Positions 61,452 through 64,000 of a stretch of DNA of 64,000 bases are shown here, in pieces (position 1 is the stretch's first letter; every line of letters begins with the position of its first letter). Under the pieces are notes generated by a model. That model was given only the letters and a program-made list of their open reading frames with translations, searched no databases and was not told the origin of the DNA. This DNA comes from an uncultured Acidimicrobiia bacterium. GTDB taxonomy: Bacteria; Actinomycetota; Acidimicrobiia; Spongiisociales; Spongiisociaceae. The stretch lies in contig OY282370.1 in the NCBI GenBank assembly GCA_958295745.1, positions 1,031,990 to 1,095,989 on the forward strand, written 5' to 3'. A program made the translations under genes and the position numbers.

Positions 61452-62375
61452 ATGGGTGATTTCCTAACCGACAACGCCGCCGACCTCGGCCTGAGCCTGC
61501 TGATCTTCGTCAGCATCTTCACGCTGCGGTACATGGTGATGCGCACCGTGATGGTGCGTCTGCAGGACTCGGGCGGGATATTCCGGGCTCGGAGGGTATC
61601 CCTCTACATCTCGGTGGCCGTGTTTCTGCTCGCCTTGGGGTGGGTCTGGACGCATCAGCTGACCAACGCCGGTTCCTTCATCGGGATCCTGTCGGCGGGC
61701 GTCGCCATCGCCCTCACGGATGTGCTGAAGAACGTGGCCGGGTGGGTGTTGATCATGACCCGGCGGCCCTTCAAGGCAGGCGACCGGATCGAGATCGGCC
61801 CCCATTCGGGAGACGTGATCGACATCCGGATGTTCCGGTTCAGCCTCTTGGAGATCGGCAACTGGATCGACGCCGACCAGTCGACCGGACGCATGCTCCA
61901 TGTGCCCAACGGCCTGCTGTTCTCCGAGCCGATGGCCAACTACACGGAGGGGTTTCCCTTCATCTGGCACGAGGTCCCGGTAACGGTCACCTTCGAGAGC
62001 GACTGGGAGAGCGCCGTGGAGATGGTGCAGGGGGTGATCGAACTTCATGCCGCCGATCCCGTGGAATCAGGGGCGGCGGCCTACCTGGAGAAGGCGGCGA
62101 GCCAGTACTTCATCCACTACCGGTATCTGACGCCCACCGTGTATGTGAAAGCCATCGACTTCGGGATCCAGGTGACCGGCCGCCTGCTGGTGCCGGCGCG
62201 GAGCCGCCGCGACGCCAATTCCAAGATCTGGCAGGATCTGCTCAGGAGGATCGAAGCGGCGCCGAACATCGATCTGGCCTACCCGACCACCCGTTTCTAC
62301 AGGGCGGACCTGGAAGGCGCCGCACCCCCTACCGCTACCGTATCCCGCGAAACAGGAAAGGCAGGTCGAGGATGA
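61452..62375 (+). CDS. mechanosensitive ion channel family protein (MscS-like)
   Basis: 307 aa. Three N-terminal TM helices then the MscS beta domain (...AGDRIEIGPHSGDVIDIRMFRFSLLEIGNW...LHVPNGLLFSEPMANYT). Confidence 0.7.
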   Translation: MGDFLTDNAADLGLSLLIFVSIFTLRYMVMRTVMVRLQDSGGIFRARRVSLYISVAVFLLALGWVWTHQLTNAGSFIGILSAGVAIALTDVLKNVAGWVLIMTRRPFKAGDRIEIGPHSGDVIDIRMFRFSLLEIGNWIDADQSTGRMLHVPNGLLFSEPMANYTEGFPFIWHEVPVTVTFESDWESAVEMVQGVIELHAADPVESGAAAYLEKAASQYFIHYRYLTPTVYVKAIDFGIQVTGRLLVPARSRRDANSKIWQDLLRRIEAAPNIDLAYPTTRFYRADLEGAAPPTATVSRETGKAGRG

Positions 62376-63097
62376 CCGAACGCATCTACTCCACCGACTC
62401 CTACGCCGCAGAGATGTCCGCCGAGGTGGTGGCCGCCGACCGCGACGACCGACGGGTGCTGCTAGACCGGACGGTTTTCTATCCGGGAGGCGGCGGCCAA
62501 CCGATCGACCAAGGAGCTCTCTGGGTGGGGGACGACCGCTTGGAGGTGGTGAAGGTAACCCAGGACGCAGACGGAGTATGGCACTGGCTAGACGAGGGCG
62601 TACCCGGTGTAGGAACCCAGGTCGAAGGCCGGATCGACTGGGAGCGGCGCTACCTGCTGATGCGCACCCACACCTCGCTGCATGCTCTCTGCGGGGTAGT
62701 CTGGGATTGGTTCCGCAGCCCCGTAACCGGCGGCAACATGGAACCAGGCCGCGGCCGCCTGGACTTCGAGCTACCCAACTGGGACCCCGACAAACGAGGC
62801 CCACTAGAGGAAGCATTGAACGCCGCCATAGCCCGCCACCACCCCATAGAGGTCTCGTTCCTCCCCCGCAAAGAAGCCGACGCCGACCCAAGCCTGATCC
62901 GCACCAAAGTAAACCTGATCCCAAAGTCCATCCAAAAGATCCGAGTAATAGACCTAGTAGGCCTAGACCGCCAAGCAGACGGCGGCACCCACGTAAAGTC
63001 AACCGCCGAAGTAGGCCAAGTAAAGATAACCAAAGTACAATCCAAAGGCCGAGGCTTCAGAAGAATCCGCCTAGCCCTAAACAACCCAAAAACCTAA
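62372..63097 (+). CDS. alanyl-tRNA editing protein AlaX-M-like (tRNA synthetase second additional/editing domain)
   Basis: Start at ATG 62372 (ATGA overlap with the MscS stop; the ORF track merges it into 61640..63097). Editing-domain motifs are present: the Zn-binding-like HTSLHAL and DGGTH (cf. HxxxH / CxxxH of AlaX/ThrRS editing domains). Confidence 0.65.
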   Translation: MTERIYSTDSYAAEMSAEVVAADRDDRRVLLDRTVFYPGGGGQPIDQGALWVGDDRLEVVKVTQDADGVWHWLDEGVPGVGTQVEGRIDWERRYLLMRTHTSLHALCGVVWDWFRSPVTGGNMEPGRGRLDFELPNWDPDKRGPLEEALNAAIARHHPIEVSFLPRKEADADPSLIRTKVNLIPKSIQKIRVIDLVGLDRQADGGTHVKSTAEVGQVKITKVQSKGRGFRRIRLALNNPKT

Positions 63098-63183
63098 GAA
63101 AAACCAAAGACGCCGCCCCGCCAGGGAAATCCAAAACCGAAACCCCTCCGTTCGACTGACGATATGTCTAGCAATCACCGGAA

Positions 63184-63980
63184 CCACCCGCCAGAATCGC
63201 CCGCCATCACCCCATGCCCCCCGCTGAACCCGACGGCTATACCAGATACAACCCCCACCGGCCGAAACCGCCAAACCGCCATCCACCCGATGTCCCATGT
63301 CCCATGCCCCCGCTACCCACCGTCCCCATACCCCCGCTACCCGCCGTCCCCATACCCCCGCTACCCGCCGTCCCCATACCCCCGCTACCCGCCGTTTTTC
63401 GCGTTCTGCCCGCGAAAACCCCGGCTTCGCCGGGACCCTCCCCCGCCACCACCGCCAAAGAAGATTCCCGCTGTGGACGGCGCGTCCGCACCGCCCGCCG
63501 CCGAAGTTCAGCCGCCCGGCTAGTTTCAGCGCCCGCCTCAGTAAGCCGTCGGCCCCTGAAGGGTCCGGCGGCCCGCCGGGACAGAACGCTGCCTATGATC
63601 ACAGATGCCCGGACACCTGCGATATCCATCTCCCATAATATATACCACAAGGCTATGACAACACCAAGACCCTTGTCGAGCATCCCGCCCGATTTTTTTC
63701 GCGAGGAGAAATCATCCCCGCCCGATCCGGTAGCGTTGCCCCAGACGAGGTTGCTTCTCTGCGAAATGCTCACCAGAGAACCCGACGGCTATGCCGTCTG
63801 CAGCCGCCACCAAACCACCCGCCCCCATCACCCCATCCTCACCAACGAACCCGACGACAACGCCAGCAAAAACCACCCCGCCAGAATCGCCCGCCATCGC
63901 CCCATGCCCCCCGCTGAACCCGACGGCTATGCCAGATACAACCCCCACCGGCCGAAACCACCAAACCGCCATCCACCCGA
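63184..63980. repeat. ~107-bp dispersed direct repeat pair (63184-63290 and 63873-63980) plus a third partial copy (~63778-63868)
   Basis: accacccgccagaatcgcccgccatcaccccatgccccccgctgaacccgacggctataccagatacaacccccaccggccgaaaccgccaaaccgccatccacccga recurs with ~5 mismatches. The core gaacccgacggctatgcc occurs three times. Confidence 0.8.
63307..63399. repeat. 24-bp tandem repeat x3.8 (cccccgctacccgccgtccccata)
   Basis: Exact or near-exact consecutive copies at 63307, 63331, 63355, 63379 in noncoding DNA downstream of the alaX-like gene. Confidence 0.85.
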
Positions 63981-64000
63981 CGCCCCTGCTGCCCGCCGTT

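Noticed and set aside
63164-63638. ORFs 63164..63523 and 63297..63638 encoding RYPPSPYP / TRRPHTPA repeats
   Set aside because: Generated by the 24-bp tandem DNA repeat read in two frames. No start context, and they lie in a repeat-rich noncoding tail.

Overview
High-GC (~68%) bacterial chromosome segment, almost certainly Actinomycetota: it carries a WhiB-family regulator, the conserved rpsF-ssb-rpsR-rplI-dnaB block, and an apparent leaderless mRNA start. The window reads left to right as follows. (1) A BMP-family (nucleoside-type) ABC importer sits tail-to-tail with mtnA, and a divergent operon encodes a DUF985 cupin, two SDRs and a class-II-aldolase/SDR fusion. (2) An IS3 transposase remnant lies in a low-GC patch. 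(3) A secreted SLH+CAP protein, an MBL-fold hydrolase and a DRG-like GTPase follow. (4) The rpsF-ssb-rpsR-rplI-dnaB housekeeping block. (5) A glutaminyl cyclase-like lipoprotein, an SDR and a 5-gene Dpp/Opp-type peptide ABC operon. (6) An accessory island from ~24.4 to ~31.8 kb. It holds a low-GC tcmP-like gene coupled to a Gp37/Gp68 (DUF5131) three-Cys protein. It also holds two copies of a ~0.5 kb repeat in the same orientation, flanking a plant-type-LRR/Calx-beta/SLH surface protein. One copy is ORF-less. The other carries a DUF222+HNH (REP13E12-like) endonuclease gene inserted precisely after a near-consensus promoter. (7) A single 28.5 kb gene encodes a 9515-aa secreted protein. It has a signal peptide, Thr/Pro and acidic low-complexity regions, ~80 tandem Calx-beta-like domains of which ~40 are near-identical ~345 bp DNA repeats, a cadherin-like domain and three C-terminal SLH domains. 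(8) whiB (divergent from the giant gene), an MscS-family channel, an AlaX-like tRNA editing protein, and a repeat-rich noncoding tail. Three exactly 11-nt poly-C tracts sit upstream of three surface/lipoprotein genes. I found no tRNA, rRNA or CRISPR.
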